NCBI GenBank assembly: GCA_965197475.1
Contig: CBDANF010000003.1
Coordinates: 3,840,001 to 3,904,000 of the forward strand
From: Candidatus Poribacteria bacterium
GTDB taxonomy: Bacteria; Poribacteria; WGA-4E; WGA-3G
DNA length: 64,000 bases
Direction of reading: 5' to 3'
Shown: piece after piece, positions 38,415-48,880 of the stretch
Layout: each line of letters begins with the position of its first letter
Numbering within the stretch: the first letter of the stretch is position 1
The notes under the pieces: model-generated
What the model saw: the letters and a program-made list of their open reading frames with translations, nothing else
What the model was told of the DNA's origin: nothing
Databases searched by the model: none
Made by a program: the position numbers and the translations under genes

Positions 38415-39158
38415 TTATTTTAATTGAAGAATCGCTTGCTGCGTTTCGTTGAGTTGATTCATTATGTTTGGACTAAAATGTAATCCCTGACCACCCCAAT
38501 CCGGCATATAACCGATACTGTAGCAGTAGTAAAGGGTTCTGCGCGGTTTTCCTGAGACATTGATGACGGAACCGTGTGTGAGTGCCTCTGTGAAAATGAT
38601 CGCATCTCCCGCTTTAGCCGGTATAGGCGTAACCACAGGATTTTCATCGGGATGATTACCCCACGGCTTAGGAAAATTGCTTTTATGTGCACCGGGTATT
38701 ACTGCGAAACACCTGTCTTCAACATCACAATCAAGCATTGGAAAAACAGCTTTCGTCAATGTAGAAACCATCTCTCCATTTTTGCAGTGATACTGACACT
38801 TAGGAATAATTGGCGTTCCATGCATGTGTAAGCCGGTATAACCGCCGCCCCAACGATAAATTGTATAGGTATGATTGAGTCGATACGGTCCACCGGTCAC
38901 CCCTTCAACTACGTCTAACACCTCTGGAATGTCAACAAGCGCACTAAATACACAATCTGCCTCCAGAATGTTTGAGATATAGAGTTCTTTCTCTGTTCGC
39001 TTTGTGCCGAGGCATAACGGCGGCGGGTAATCGTTGGGGTTCATCTTCTCATACTGATCAAGCACAGCGTTGCACGATTCAATGACTGTAGGCGGGACAA
39101 CATCTTTCAAAACGATAAAACCTTGCAAATCAAATAGATATTTTTGTTCGCCTGTCAT
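38415..39158 (-). CDS. PhyH family dioxygenase with atypical metal motif
   Basis: YLFDLQGF, LHMHG, VIPGAHK, KAGDAIIFTEALTHG, RR. Confidence 0.85.
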   Translation of the reverse strand: MTGEQKYLFDLQGFIVLKDVVPPTVIESCNAVLDQYEKMNPNDYPPPLCLGTKRTEKELYISNILEADCVFSALVDIPEVLDVVEGVTGGPYRLNHTYTIYRWGGGYTGLHMHGTPIIPKCQYHCKNGEMVSTLTKAVFPMLDCDVEDRCFAVIPGAHKSNFPKPWGNHPDENPVVTPIPAKAGDAIIFTEALTHGSVINVSGKPRRTLYYCYSIGYMPDWGGQGLHFSPNIMNQLNETQQAILQLK

Positions 39159-39168
39159 ATTTCTATCC

Positions 39169-41259
39169 TTATTTAAGCACTTCAACTTCATATTTTAGAA
39201 TCGTTCCACCCTGTCCTGTCACTAATCCGCTTTGAGGACTACTCATGTGAATTGATGTCAAATCTGTCTGGGTATCGGTTCGCTGCGGTCTCCAGTTTTC
39301 ACCGCTATCTTTAGTGTGTAGCACTATCCCCTCTTTTCCAACCGCCCATCCTTCTAATTCAGAAATAAAAAACACATCGTAAAGGAAGTTTTGGGTGTGG
39401 CTCTCTTGGCGAAACCAACTTTTTCCGCCATCCTTCGTATGGAAAATAAACCCATCTTCACCAACAACCCACCCTATTTTTGCAGAAACAAAATAGACAG
39501 CATTTAACCAGATATTTTTGTTTCTGTCCATTTTCGTAAGTTGACGACTTAAAGTTGAAAGTTGCCATCGATTTCCGCCATCAACAGTGTATAAAAGCGT
39601 TCCAAATAGCCCAACTACCCATCCTTCTCGTTTTGATGTAAAGTGAATATCAAATAGGTTAGAAGTAACCCCACTCTGTTGACGAGACCAAGTTTTGCCA
39701 CCATTGGAAGTGTGGACAATTTCACCCGCATTCCCTACACACCAACCGGTTTCTTCATCTACAAAGAAAACAGCGAATAGGACTTGCTTCGTATTAGAGG
39801 TTTGTTGCTGCCAAACTGCACCACCGTTTGTTGTCCGCAGAATAACACCTGCCTCCGCGACTGCCCACCCTTTTTGAGGTGATACAAAATGAGTGGCACC
39901 GAAGCATTCAGCGGTACGGCTATCCTGTGCTTGCCACTTAGTACCACCGTCGTGGGTTTGTAGAATCGCACCCCGATCACCGACAACATACCCCTTATCC
40001 TTTGAAACTATACAGACATCATAAAATAGATGCGTTGGACTTGATTGTGCCTCCCATGTTAAACCACCGTTGCGAGTATGTAAAATAGTGCCATTTTCAC
40101 CAACCGCCCACCCTATTTTTTTTGAAACAAAGTCAACCGCTAATAAGAGATCGTCAGCACTGTTGTGAAAACGTGGGCCGCCGCGCTGGTGTTTCCATAC
40201 GCTACTACCATCTTTTTTGATACCAGTTGCAGTATGAAGGATAACACCTAAATCCCCTACAATCCAACCGTGCTGATTATCTGCGAAGTCAACATCGTAA
40301 AGGGTAAAAGTATGTAAACCTTCTTTGCCGAGATAATCAGGTTGACCGTATTTTTCCTTGTGACGTTGGCTACTTCCGTCAGTGACAAATTCCCAATTTT
40401 TTCCGCCATCTGTTGTAACATAGAGGCTGCGTTGATCTCCTACCACCCAGCCTGCCATCTTGTCAACAAAATGTAAACTAAACAGCGCGGATTTTGTCGA
40501 AAACTGTTCTTCCCATGTCTGTCCACCATCCGTGGTATGGTAGATATAGCCTGAGTTTTCTGTGTCATTAGGGGTGCTGTAGGTAACAATCCACCCATGG
40601 GAGTTGTCAGTAAAATGAATATCTTTTAGTGATTTTTCTTCAAAAACATCTCCATCAACTTTTTGATATGTTTTGCCACCATCAGTTGTTTTGAGAAGTG
40701 TGCCCCAATCACCTACGATCCAACCTGTAACTTCACCAAGATATAGACTGTGTAGATTATATTGTGTGCCTGTTTCAAGCTGTTCCCATGTTTGTCCACC
40801 ATCGGTTGTGTGTATGACAACGCCTCCCTCACCTACACACCACCCTTCAGATGCATTCCGAAAAAACACATCTCGCAGCGGTTTTCCATAAATTCCGCTG
40901 TTTTGTCTGTGCCAATTCTTACCACCATCTGCTGTATGCAGGATAATGCTCTCTGCACCTTCGGTATAAGATCGGTCTGTCTCATCAACACCATGACCAG
41001 AAAACACACCAACCGAATTCCCAACTGCCCAGCCGTGTGTTTCAGAAATAAAGTGGACCCCGTATAGATGTGCACTCCAATCACCTTTTAGGACGGTTTT
41101 CCACACACCTCTCGTATTTTTGGGTGTGTTGGAACAACCAATGATGGATAAAATCGTAACAAGATTTAAGAGAAGCAGAAATGAAAGTGTCCGATTTGCC
41201 CATCTATTTTTTATTCTCAAAAAGGACTTCGCTGACATCGTGTAATCCTCGGGCAGCAT
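39169..41259 (-). CDS. YCF48/BNR-type beta-propeller repeat lipoprotein (start uncertain)
   Basis: Many L..V.F.....GW.VG..G.ILHT.DGG.TW repeats; lipobox IIGC. Confidence 0.88.
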   Translation of the reverse strand: MLPEDYTMSAKSFLRIKNRWANRTLSFLLLLNLVTILSIIGCSNTPKNTRGVWKTVLKGDWSAHLYGVHFISETHGWAVGNSVGVFSGHGVDETDRSYTEGAESIILHTADGGKNWHRQNSGIYGKPLRDVFFRNASEGWCVGEGGVVIHTTDGGQTWEQLETGTQYNLHSLYLGEVTGWIVGDWGTLLKTTDGGKTYQKVDGDVFEEKSLKDIHFTDNSHGWIVTYSTPNDTENSGYIYHTTDGGQTWEEQFSTKSALFSLHFVDKMAGWVVGDQRSLYVTTDGGKNWEFVTDGSSQRHKEKYGQPDYLGKEGLHTFTLYDVDFADNQHGWIVGDLGVILHTATGIKKDGSSVWKHQRGGPRFHNSADDLLLAVDFVSKKIGWAVGENGTILHTRNGGLTWEAQSSPTHLFYDVCIVSKDKGYVVGDRGAILQTHDGGTKWQAQDSRTAECFGATHFVSPQKGWAVAEAGVILRTTNGGAVWQQQTSNTKQVLFAVFFVDEETGWCVGNAGEIVHTSNGGKTWSRQQSGVTSNLFDIHFTSKREGWVVGLFGTLLYTVDGGNRWQLSTLSRQLTKMDRNKNIWLNAVYFVSAKIGWVVGEDGFIFHTKDGGKSWFRQESHTQNFLYDVFFISELEGWAVGKEGIVLHTKDSGENWRPQRTDTQTDLTSIHMSSPQSGLVTGQGGTILKYEVEVLK

Positions 41260-42013
41260 TCACCACCCATCTCGCCGCTCGAATAGCACCCTTTGCAAAC
41301 GCTTCAGGGCTGTGCGCGCGGTGTACTACACTTAACTGTTCACCTTCAGTCGCAAACATGACAGTGTGATCGCCTGCGATGTCACCACCGCGAATCGCGT
41401 GTATCCCTATCTGTTTCTGTGGCCGTGGTCCGATGATGCCGTGCCGACCATAGATACCCACTTCTGCCAAATCACGGCCAAGTGCTGTGGATACAGTCTC
41501 TGCTAATCTGAGAGCGGTACCACTGGGTGAGTCCGCTTTATGGTTGTGATGTGCTTCTATCACCTCAACGTTATAGTCATCACCGAGTGATTTGGCAATT
41601 AATTCAAGGGCCTTGATCATAACGTTAACACCGAGACTCATGTTCGGTGCCATCACACATCGAATCTTTGATGCAAGTTCTTGGACTTCGGCTAACTCGT
41701 CAGTGCTAAATCCGGTCGTTGCAATTACCATCGCTTTATCTGCATCTACAACTTGTCGCAGATGCTGCAACGTGGCATCCGGTTTTGAGAATTCAATGAT
41801 AACATCTGCACTTGCAATAACATCTTTGAGTTCACTTGTGATTATAACGCCAAGTTCACCTATACCTGCAACAACACCGGCATCGCTGCCTATTTGTGGA
41901 TGCGATGCAAATTCAATTGCTCCAACAAGTTCCATATCATCTTGTTGCGCAACGCCTTGGATAATCAGTCGTCCCATACGGCCGCATGCGCCATTTATTA
42001 CTACATGAACCAT
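41204..42013 (-). CDS. dapB: 4-hydroxy-tetrahydrodipicolinate reductase
   Basis: GACGRMG, ATTG, APNMSLG, EAHHNHKADSPSGTA, RGGDIAGDH, FAKGA. Confidence 0.96.
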   Translation of the reverse strand: MVHVVINGACGRMGRLIIQGVAQQDDMELVGAIEFASHPQIGSDAGVVAGIGELGVIITSELKDVIASADVIIEFSKPDATLQHLRQVVDADKAMVIATTGFSTDELAEVQELASKIRCVMAPNMSLGVNVMIKALELIAKSLGDDYNVEVIEAHHNHKADSPSGTALRLAETVSTALGRDLAEVGIYGRHGIIGPRPQKQIGIHAIRGGDIAGDHTVMFATEGEQLSVVHRAHSPEAFAKGAIRAARWVVNAARGLHDVSEVLFENKK

Positions 42014-42103
42014 GATTTTTCCTTTTTTACGCTTTTGCTTGTTATTTCTGACAACGAGGTTTATTGGGTGCCTTGCGGCAATAAAGTATCTGTTTTTATG
42101 TTA

Positions 42104-42383
42104 ACGTGAGTTCGAAATAAGAATTCAAGTGTATTTGTAGGTTGGGTAGAGCGGTAAAAAACAATCTGCTGCTACCAAGTTTTCACAGGGGTTATGCTTT
42201 TCAGCACCTATCGTATGGATAGATATAGCGAAACCCAACAATTAACCGCCGCAAACATGAAAGCGTGTTGGGTTCACGTTGTTCTACCCCGCAGCGTGCT
42301 ATACGCGCACGCTGCGTTGATTTGGACGGATACCCAAAGCGCATTCGACGTTGATTCCCTACGCGGTGTAGTCAAACTCAAGT
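42104..42383. mobile_element. MITE-like element (280 bp) with 7-bp flanking direct repeats, carrying REP-like palindromes and dispersed repeat copy D
   Basis: TIRs ACGTGAGTTCGA and TCAAACTCAAGT (2 mismatches); TATGTTA at 42097-42103 and 42384-42390. Confidence 0.7.
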
Positions 42384-42490
42384 TATGTTAGTATACCACA
42401 TTCCTGAAAAAATTCGCATAAAATTGAATTGATTTAGAGAACCATTCAATGTTCGCGAAGCATTCTTATGGGAAGAGTTATAAGCCCGAA

Positions 42491-43393
42491 CTACAACAAG
42501 CTGGATAATTGCACCTGTTCCCCCGCATGATAAGAACTTCGTACTAATGGACCCGATTCAACATGCCGAAAGCCCATCTCAATACCTGCGTCTTTAAGTT
42601 CCTCAAATTCTTCGGGGGTATAGTAGCGTTGAATCGGTAGGTGGCGTGCGGAAGGTGAGAGATATTGTCCAATAGTGAGAATATCGCAGCTTGTATCCCG
42701 AATGTCCTGCATCGTCTGTAAAAGTTCTATTAAGGTTTCACCTAATCCGACCATAAGTCCCGACTTCGTAAGCATTTCTGGATTCAAATTTTTACCGACT
42801 TTGAGAAGTGTAAGTGTTTGTTGGTAATTCGCGTACGGACGAGCACGACGGTATAGACGATGAACTGTTTCAGTATTGTGATTGAGCACTTCTGGACCTG
42901 CTTGGACGATAACATTAAGCGCGTCCCAATTCCCTTCAAGATCGGGGATAAGAACTTCTATAGTACAACTCGGACGGTGCTTTCGCGCTGCTGTGATACA
43001 ATCTGCAAATACACCTGCACCACCATCCGGTAGATCGTCGCGGTTAACGGAGGTAATGACAACATGGTTTAGCTTCAAGTAGGCAACTGCTTTGCCAAGT
43101 CTTCGTGGCTCATCTGTATCTACGGCACCACCGGGTTTGCCTTTCTTCACCGCACAAAACATGCACCTGCGTGTACAAACATCCCCTAAAATCATAAATG
43201 TAACCGTGCGGCTGTCCCAACATTCGCCAATGTTGGGACAACGCGCTTCTTCACAGACAGTGTGAAGCTGAAGATCTCGCATTAATTCTTTTAGTTCAGC
43301 ATAGTTGCCACCGCCGGGAATGCGCGCCTTAATCCAAGATGGGTGCCGCCGTTGTGAGGTGTTAGGATCAACTATCGGAAGGTGTTTTACCAT
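42491..43393 (-). CDS. lipA: Lipoyl synthase
   Basis: CEEARCPNIGEC (Cx4Cx5C), CTRRCMFC (radical SAM), RSSY. Confidence 0.97.
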   Translation of the reverse strand: MVKHLPIVDPNTSQRRHPSWIKARIPGGGNYAELKELMRDLQLHTVCEEARCPNIGECWDSRTVTFMILGDVCTRRCMFCAVKKGKPGGAVDTDEPRRLGKAVAYLKLNHVVITSVNRDDLPDGGAGVFADCITAARKHRPSCTIEVLIPDLEGNWDALNVIVQAGPEVLNHNTETVHRLYRRARPYANYQQTLTLLKVGKNLNPEMLTKSGLMVGLGETLIELLQTMQDIRDTSCDILTIGQYLSPSARHLPIQRYYTPEEFEELKDAGIEMGFRHVESGPLVRSSYHAGEQVQLSSLL

Positions 43394-43430
43394 CTCATAT
43401 CACCGTTGAAGTGGGGAACAACTATAATCA

Positions 43431-43524
43431 TGGCGGGAGAGGGTGGGAATCGAACCCACCTATCCACTTGCATGGACAAGCCGATTTTGAAGACCGGTAG
43501 AGCCACCAGGCCCTATCCTCCCCC
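43431..43524 (-). tRNA. selC: tRNA-Sec (anticodon UCA)
   Basis: 8-bp acceptor stem GGGGGAGG/CCTCTCCC, long D stem, CT-TCA-AA anticodon loop, long variable arm, GGTTCGATTCC, encoded GCCA end; 94 nt; next to selB. Confidence 0.95.
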
Positions 43525-43597
43525 ATAAAGTAGAAGCGCGTTTAGGTGTTTTATAGTAAAGTTAAAACGTCAATAACATTTTTAGGTTGACTGAATT

Positions 43598-43687
43598 GTA
43601 GTCGCGTAATTCATTACCAAATCAACGCCAAATGCCCCGAATGCGCGTATGGGCATATCGATCAGCGCGCGGACAAAACGCGCCTAC
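43598..43687 (+). repeat. GTAG...CTAC REP-like pair enclosing dispersed repeat copy C
   Basis: GTAGTCGCGTAATTCATT...AAATCAACGCCAAATGCCCCGAATGCGCGTATGGGCA...AAACGCGCCTAC. Confidence 0.6.
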
Positions 43688-43737
43688 AAACTGGTGTCTA
43701 CAATTATATGTTTCACCATCAATAACCCAATCTGATA

Positions 43738-45672
43738 CTAATTTTGCCTTGATGACAATCTACGGACGTTTCCATCGCGAATTGTAACATTTTGCGTGTC
43801 ACAATATTCAAGGAAAGGCACCGCATATTTTCTTGAAGTTCCTGCCAGTTCCCGAAATTCTGCAACCGTTATTGTCCCATTTTCACGGAGATAACTGGTT
43901 AATAATCCTTTTATCTCTTCAAATACTTCTCTGTGGATAAAGAAATTATCTGCTGTTTTGATAAATTGTCCAAGGTTCAGTAAAGCAAAAAAAGTCGATT
44001 CAATCACCTGAGGTGAATACTCTGGAAGTAGCGTTTTCAGTTCATTAAGCCCGGGTGTGTTTATTCCTGCGTCCAAAAATAATTTTTCAAGTGTTTCTTT
44101 TGCAGTTGACTCCTCTTCGGAAAATTGGATTTCATGCAAAGACAAACGGAGCAGATTCCCATCCTTCACAAGGTCCTTCAATTTAATTAGACGATCTGTT
44201 ATCTTCTCAAACGCAATCTCATCAAGTTCAAGATCGCGGCAAAGTAGCGAAGCATTTTGTCCTGCAAGGAGTGGTTCTTTTTTGTGAAATCTTGACAACG
44301 CTGTCAGCAGTTTGTCTGTTGCTTCTGCAGTACGGGCAGAATCAGATACAAGAGGTGTTCTGCCTGATTTATCCCATCGCACAATTTTCCGTTTGGATTC
44401 CAAAGTGTCCAAAATGTATTTCACTTCGGCTTGTGAATACGGCAGATAATAATAGAGAAACGATTCCACAACGCACATTGTCGGACTATTTTCTAACACT
44501 GCGTTTACGACCTGGGTATCATCCGATTCTTCCCACTGTGCCAATGTTGTAATGGTCTCTTGCGTAAAACGTTTATGTTTCGGTGCGAACGGGTTAATAA
44601 CTTCGCCGCCGCCGACAGTATGTTGTGCAGAAAAATCTCGCAAAATGATCCGGTCGCCTCTAAACGTTAAAATAGGCTGTTCCAAGCGGAGTTGTACCTG
44701 AACTCTGTCCCCCGGGAGAATTGCTTCGTCAACTAATAAAATCAATCGACAAAATAGTTCACGTGTGCCGAGATACGCGCGAAACCGACCCCAATGTTCA
44801 AGTATTCTCGGAAATGAGGATAAAACTTGCAACGACACGTCAATATTATCAGTAACTTGTGAAAAATTAATGGGACACAACACATCACCACGTTGAATGT
44901 TATGGGCAGTAGTGCCAGATAGATTGAGTGCAGTTCTTTGTCCAGCTTGCGCAACATCAGCGTGTTCGTTATGCACCTGTATACCTCGCACGCGCACAAC
45001 ATCGCCTTGCGGCAGAATGACCATTCTCTGATCACGATTAACCGATCCACCGATAAGCGTGCCTGTAACAACAACCCCAAAACCTTGAACAGTAAACACA
45101 CGATCAACATATAACCGCGGAATTCCATCATGTTCTTGTGCTTTGGTAGCCAGATCAACCTGTTTGACAATCATCCGCTTTAAGGTGTCAATCCCTTCAC
45201 CAGTTATGGAGGATACACTGACAGAAGGAATACCTTCAAGCGATGTGCCGACAAGCATCTCCTGAGTCATTTCTGTTGCTTCAGCCAATTCGTCACGGGT
45301 TGCTAAATCGGACTTCGTCATCACAAGGATGCCGTTTGAAATGCTGAGTAAATCTAAAATAGCCAAGTGTTCAAGCGTCTGTTCTTGCACACCTTCTTTG
45401 GCATCAACAACAAAAAGAACAATATCCATTCCATAAGCACCGGACAACATGTTTCGGATGAATTTCTCATGCCCAGGCACATCAACAATCCCGGCGCGTG
45501 AGCTATCAGGAAGGTCAAAATAAGCGAAACCTAACTCAATAGATAAACCTCGCTCCCGTTCCTCTTTGAGGCGATCTGTTTCAATGCCTGTGAGCGTGCC
45601 AACCAACGCAGTTTTACCGTGGTCAACATGCCCTGCTGTCCCAATGATAAGATGTCGTCTATCTTGCTGCAT
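43738..45672 (-). CDS. selB: Selenocysteine-specific elongation factor
   Basis: GTAGHVDHGKT, DVPGHEKFIRNML, DRVFTVQGFG, C-terminal winged helices ending TSRKYAVPFLEY. Confidence 0.96.
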   Translation of the reverse strand: MQQDRRHLIIGTAGHVDHGKTALVGTLTGIETDRLKEERERGLSIELGFAYFDLPDSSRAGIVDVPGHEKFIRNMLSGAYGMDIVLFVVDAKEGVQEQTLEHLAILDLLSISNGILVMTKSDLATRDELAEATEMTQEMLVGTSLEGIPSVSVSSITGEGIDTLKRMIVKQVDLATKAQEHDGIPRLYVDRVFTVQGFGVVVTGTLIGGSVNRDQRMVILPQGDVVRVRGIQVHNEHADVAQAGQRTALNLSGTTAHNIQRGDVLCPINFSQVTDNIDVSLQVLSSFPRILEHWGRFRAYLGTRELFCRLILLVDEAILPGDRVQVQLRLEQPILTFRGDRIILRDFSAQHTVGGGEVINPFAPKHKRFTQETITTLAQWEESDDTQVVNAVLENSPTMCVVESFLYYYLPYSQAEVKYILDTLESKRKIVRWDKSGRTPLVSDSARTAEATDKLLTALSRFHKKEPLLAGQNASLLCRDLELDEIAFEKITDRLIKLKDLVKDGNLLRLSLHEIQFSEEESTAKETLEKLFLDAGINTPGLNELKTLLPEYSPQVIESTFFALLNLGQFIKTADNFFIHREVFEEIKGLLTSYLRENGTITVAEFRELAGTSRKYAVPFLEYCDTQNVTIRDGNVRRLSSRQN

Positions 45673-46451
45673 CAGTTGAGTCCATGTTGTGAGTGGATAA
45701 GTTTCCCGATTCGATTGAATCGTATATTACCAATTATCTTCCACACCTCCCATATCTTTGTGCGTCGATTTTTAAAGGACCAGTATACCATGAAGGCTTG
45801 CCCTTTTATATCATCAACATTCACAGGTCCCCATGTGCGGCTATCACTGCTCTGATCTCGGTTATCACCCATCGCAAAAACAAATCCTTCTGGAACAGTA
45901 AACGGTTTGCCTTCAGGAAATTGGCGTTTAAATTGACTATCTTTCAAGATATAATGAGCGTAGATTTCATTATCCTTCATATACTCCTCTGGCAGGCGGA
46001 AAGGAGGGAAATCACCTCGTCTAATGAAACGACCTCCGACGTGCTTGGTGTACCCACTATCATCAACAGCCATTCCGTTAACATACAAGGTTTTTCCCTT
46101 TGTGTGGACCGTATCGCCTGCTACTGCCACAATGCGCTTGATGAAATTCCTATTTGTCTCATGCGGTGGAATAAAAACAAAAACATCCCCTCGGGCAGGT
46201 TTGTGAAAATCGAAAACTCTGATTTCAGTCCCAGGGATTTTAAACCCGTAGATAAACTTGCATACCAGAATTCGGTCTCCGATAAGCAGCGTATCCTCCA
46301 TTGAACCGGATGGGATTTTAAAGGCTTCTACAACAAAGGGGCGTATAAACCCGAAAACAAGAATAAGTGCAACGACAATAACTTGGGTATATTCCCAGAC
46401 GACTGTTTTTCGAAATTTCTGCCATTTTGATAATTGAACATCAGTGCTCAT
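45672..46451 (-). CDS. lepB: Signal peptidase I, paralogue 2
   Basis: IPSGSME (Ser), FIKRIVA (Lys), MGDNRDQSSDSR. Confidence 0.95.
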   Translation of the reverse strand: MSTDVQLSKWQKFRKTVVWEYTQVIVVALILVFGFIRPFVVEAFKIPSGSMEDTLLIGDRILVCKFIYGFKIPGTEIRVFDFHKPARGDVFVFIPPHETNRNFIKRIVAVAGDTVHTKGKTLYVNGMAVDDSGYTKHVGGRFIRRGDFPPFRLPEEYMKDNEIYAHYILKDSQFKRQFPEGKPFTVPEGFVFAMGDNRDQSSDSRTWGPVNVDDIKGQAFMVYWSFKNRRTKIWEVWKIIGNIRFNRIGKLIHSQHGLN

Positions 46452-46532
46452 AAAGTTTGAAACCGCTGTAATCAGACGGTATCCTTTCTTACTTTTAGAT
46501 GATTTTATTTTTAGAATTAGGTTTTCAAATCC

Positions 46533-47288
46533 TTAACGGATGAGTTTGCCGATACGATTAAAACGAATATTGCTGGCGATCTTCCATATCTCCCACAATT
46601 TTGTAGGTTGGTTGTGTATTGACCACATGACCATAAATGCTTGTCCTTTAATATCATCCACACCCACCGGTCCCCAGGTACGGCTATCGCTACTCAGATC
46701 ACGATTGTCTCCCATTGCAAAGACCATGCCTTTTGGAACCGTGAACGGTTTACCTTCTGGAAATTTATGTCTAAACTGGTTTTCCGTCAAGGTGAAATCG
46801 GTATATTGTTTGTCTTGAGGAAAATATTCAGGATTTCGGAATGGCGGAAAATCCTGCCGAAAATGACTATAAGGTAAGTGTTTCGTATAACTTTGGTCGT
46901 CAACCCGCTGACCGTTAACGTAGAGTTTTTCACCTGCGGTATAAACCGTATCACCTTCAACTGCCACAATTCTTTTGATGAAGTGAAGATTTCTCTCATG
47001 CGGTGGGATAAAAACAAAAACGTCTCCACGAGCGGGTTTGTGGAAATCAAATACCCTTAAATCTGTGCCAGGAATTTTAAAGCCGTACATAAACTTACAA
47101 ACCAAAATCCGATCACCAACGAGGAGCGTGTCTTCCATTGAACCAGATGGAATTAGATACGCATCAACTATAAATGGACGAAAGAATCCAAAAACGAAAA
47201 TAAGTGTAAATATAATACCTTTAAATTGTTGAGCTTTAGATAATTTGGATTTGGTTGAATGTGTTTGATTCGGATATTCTTTCTTCAT
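46533..47288 (-). CDS. lepB: Signal peptidase I, paralogue 1
   Basis: IPSGSME, FIKRIVA, MGDNRDLSSDSR. Confidence 0.95.
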   Translation of the reverse strand: MKKEYPNQTHSTKSKLSKAQQFKGIIFTLIFVFGFFRPFIVDAYLIPSGSMEDTLLVGDRILVCKFMYGFKIPGTDLRVFDFHKPARGDVFVFIPPHERNLHFIKRIVAVEGDTVYTAGEKLYVNGQRVDDQSYTKHLPYSHFRQDFPPFRNPEYFPQDKQYTDFTLTENQFRHKFPEGKPFTVPKGMVFAMGDNRDLSSDSRTWGPVGVDDIKGQAFMVMWSIHNQPTKLWEIWKIASNIRFNRIGKLIR

Positions 47289-47424
47289 AATAAAGTATCT
47301 ATGATGAGATACATTCTCCTACATTGAGTTTTACAACTAAATCACTTGTAGGGCGAGGTCTCTGTGCCTCGCCATTTTTGCTTATGAGATACACGCTTGT
47401 TTAAATCATAACCAATAGATTCAT

Positions 47425-48830
47425 TCACAAAAGATTGAAGCGATACGCTATTTTGCGTTTTAAATCTGCCCATCTTACCAATCGTTTTCCGTATTGTGAC
47501 ACAGCATATGGTTCAATCTGAGTATGTTCCCGTACACCCATTGCCGCAGCTGGACTATTAGCTTTAAGCCGAAAATCGCCTGAGTCGGCATCAACAAACA
47601 GAGGATCCTTATCTATGTTGTCTTCATAAATAAACTTGTCCCCATCCGCAACCAGGCCAATCCCGTCAAGCCCATCACCAATATCACATGATTTAATGAC
47701 TATACCCCTACCCAGAGCGAAAACTTCTGCATGCGTCCCATTAGATGAATTTCCCCAAACTATTGAATCGGTTAAGTTAAAACGATTTCTGCAGATAACA
47801 AGATCTCTGTGGATAATAGCAGAAATCCCACCACCTTGAGTGCCAGCCGTGTTTTCTGTAATTGTACAATGCTTGATATTTACCGCTCCTAAGATCGCCT
47901 CACACTGAATCCCTCCACCAGAGTATATTGCATCATTATATGCAATAACACAGTCAGTAACCCAAATCTCTGATGACCAATTACAGTGAATTCCTCCACC
48001 ATGTCTGGCTGTATTCCGTACAATGATCGAATTCTCAATTTTCAAAACAGTATCTTCCCAAGCTATTAAACCACCCCCAGCATTTCGTTCAATCCGACAA
48101 TTAGTAATAGGATTGCTTGTTCGTGTGTAAGAGTAAATAATACCGCGAGCACTGTTTTGAGAAACAACACAATTATTGATAATCGGGTCTACATCGTTCA
48201 TACAGTAAATTCCATTACCTGAATTCTCAGCAATCGTGTAATTTTAAGCGTGGGTTGTGTAGGGGTGTCTTTCAAAACAACCCTCTTATGTTCGGTATTT
48301 CCTGAAATGAAAATACCGCCACCAAAATTGCGTGTAATTGTGCAATCTGTTATGATTGGATCGGAACTATAGCAAAAGATTCCATCACCACCACCGTTGA
48401 TAGATTGGTTACTGTCAATCGTACAGTTTTTAATTGTCGGTGAAGCATATATAAGGTAGATTCCACCGCCAAATTTCTGGTCCCCATTCTTAATTGTAAA
48501 ACCATTTAACACAGAATCAACTGTTTCATCATTTTGGAAGATAAATCCTCTGGTTTCAAACATTTTCTCACAGTCAATAATCGTTGCCTCAGCACCATTA
48601 CGTGACTTAAGAATTATCCTTTTTCCCTTAAAATCAAGATTCACATTTCCTTCGCCTCTATAGATTCCATCATCTACCAAAACAGTGTCACCATTTTGCG
48701 CTATATCAATTCCAGATTGAATTGTAGGTTGATCTGCAGGAACATTAATCGTAGCTGCAAATGTTAGTGAACTTAAAAGAGACAGAAAAACAATAAATAT
48801 CAAATTGGAATACATTCTAATTTGTTTCAT
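47425..48830 (-). pseudogene. Secreted right-handed beta-helix (pectin lyase-like) protein with C-terminal WxxLK motif, split by a 1-nt frameshift
   Basis: Signal peptide, TIQSGID.A..GDTVLV..G.Y, GGGI repeats, DPLFVD..GDFRL; adding one A at 48242-48245 joins the two ORFs (TLKNYTIAENSGNGIYCMNDVDP). Confidence 0.8.
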
Positions 48831-48880
48831 GTCTTTCTTCCTACGGATAAGTATACTCTGCTGTTTTTGCATCTTTTGTA

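Noticed and set aside
42194-42391. 65-aa ORF upstream of dapB
   Set aside because: Lies almost entirely within the MITE/REP element
43431-43524. selC as an integration site for a genomic island
   Set aside because: No integrase nearby, no duplicated tRNA 3' end seen, and core genes on both sides
45693-46304. 203-aa plus-strand ORF
   Set aside because: Antisense shadow of lepB; most other short ORFs in the track are similar shadows of longer genes
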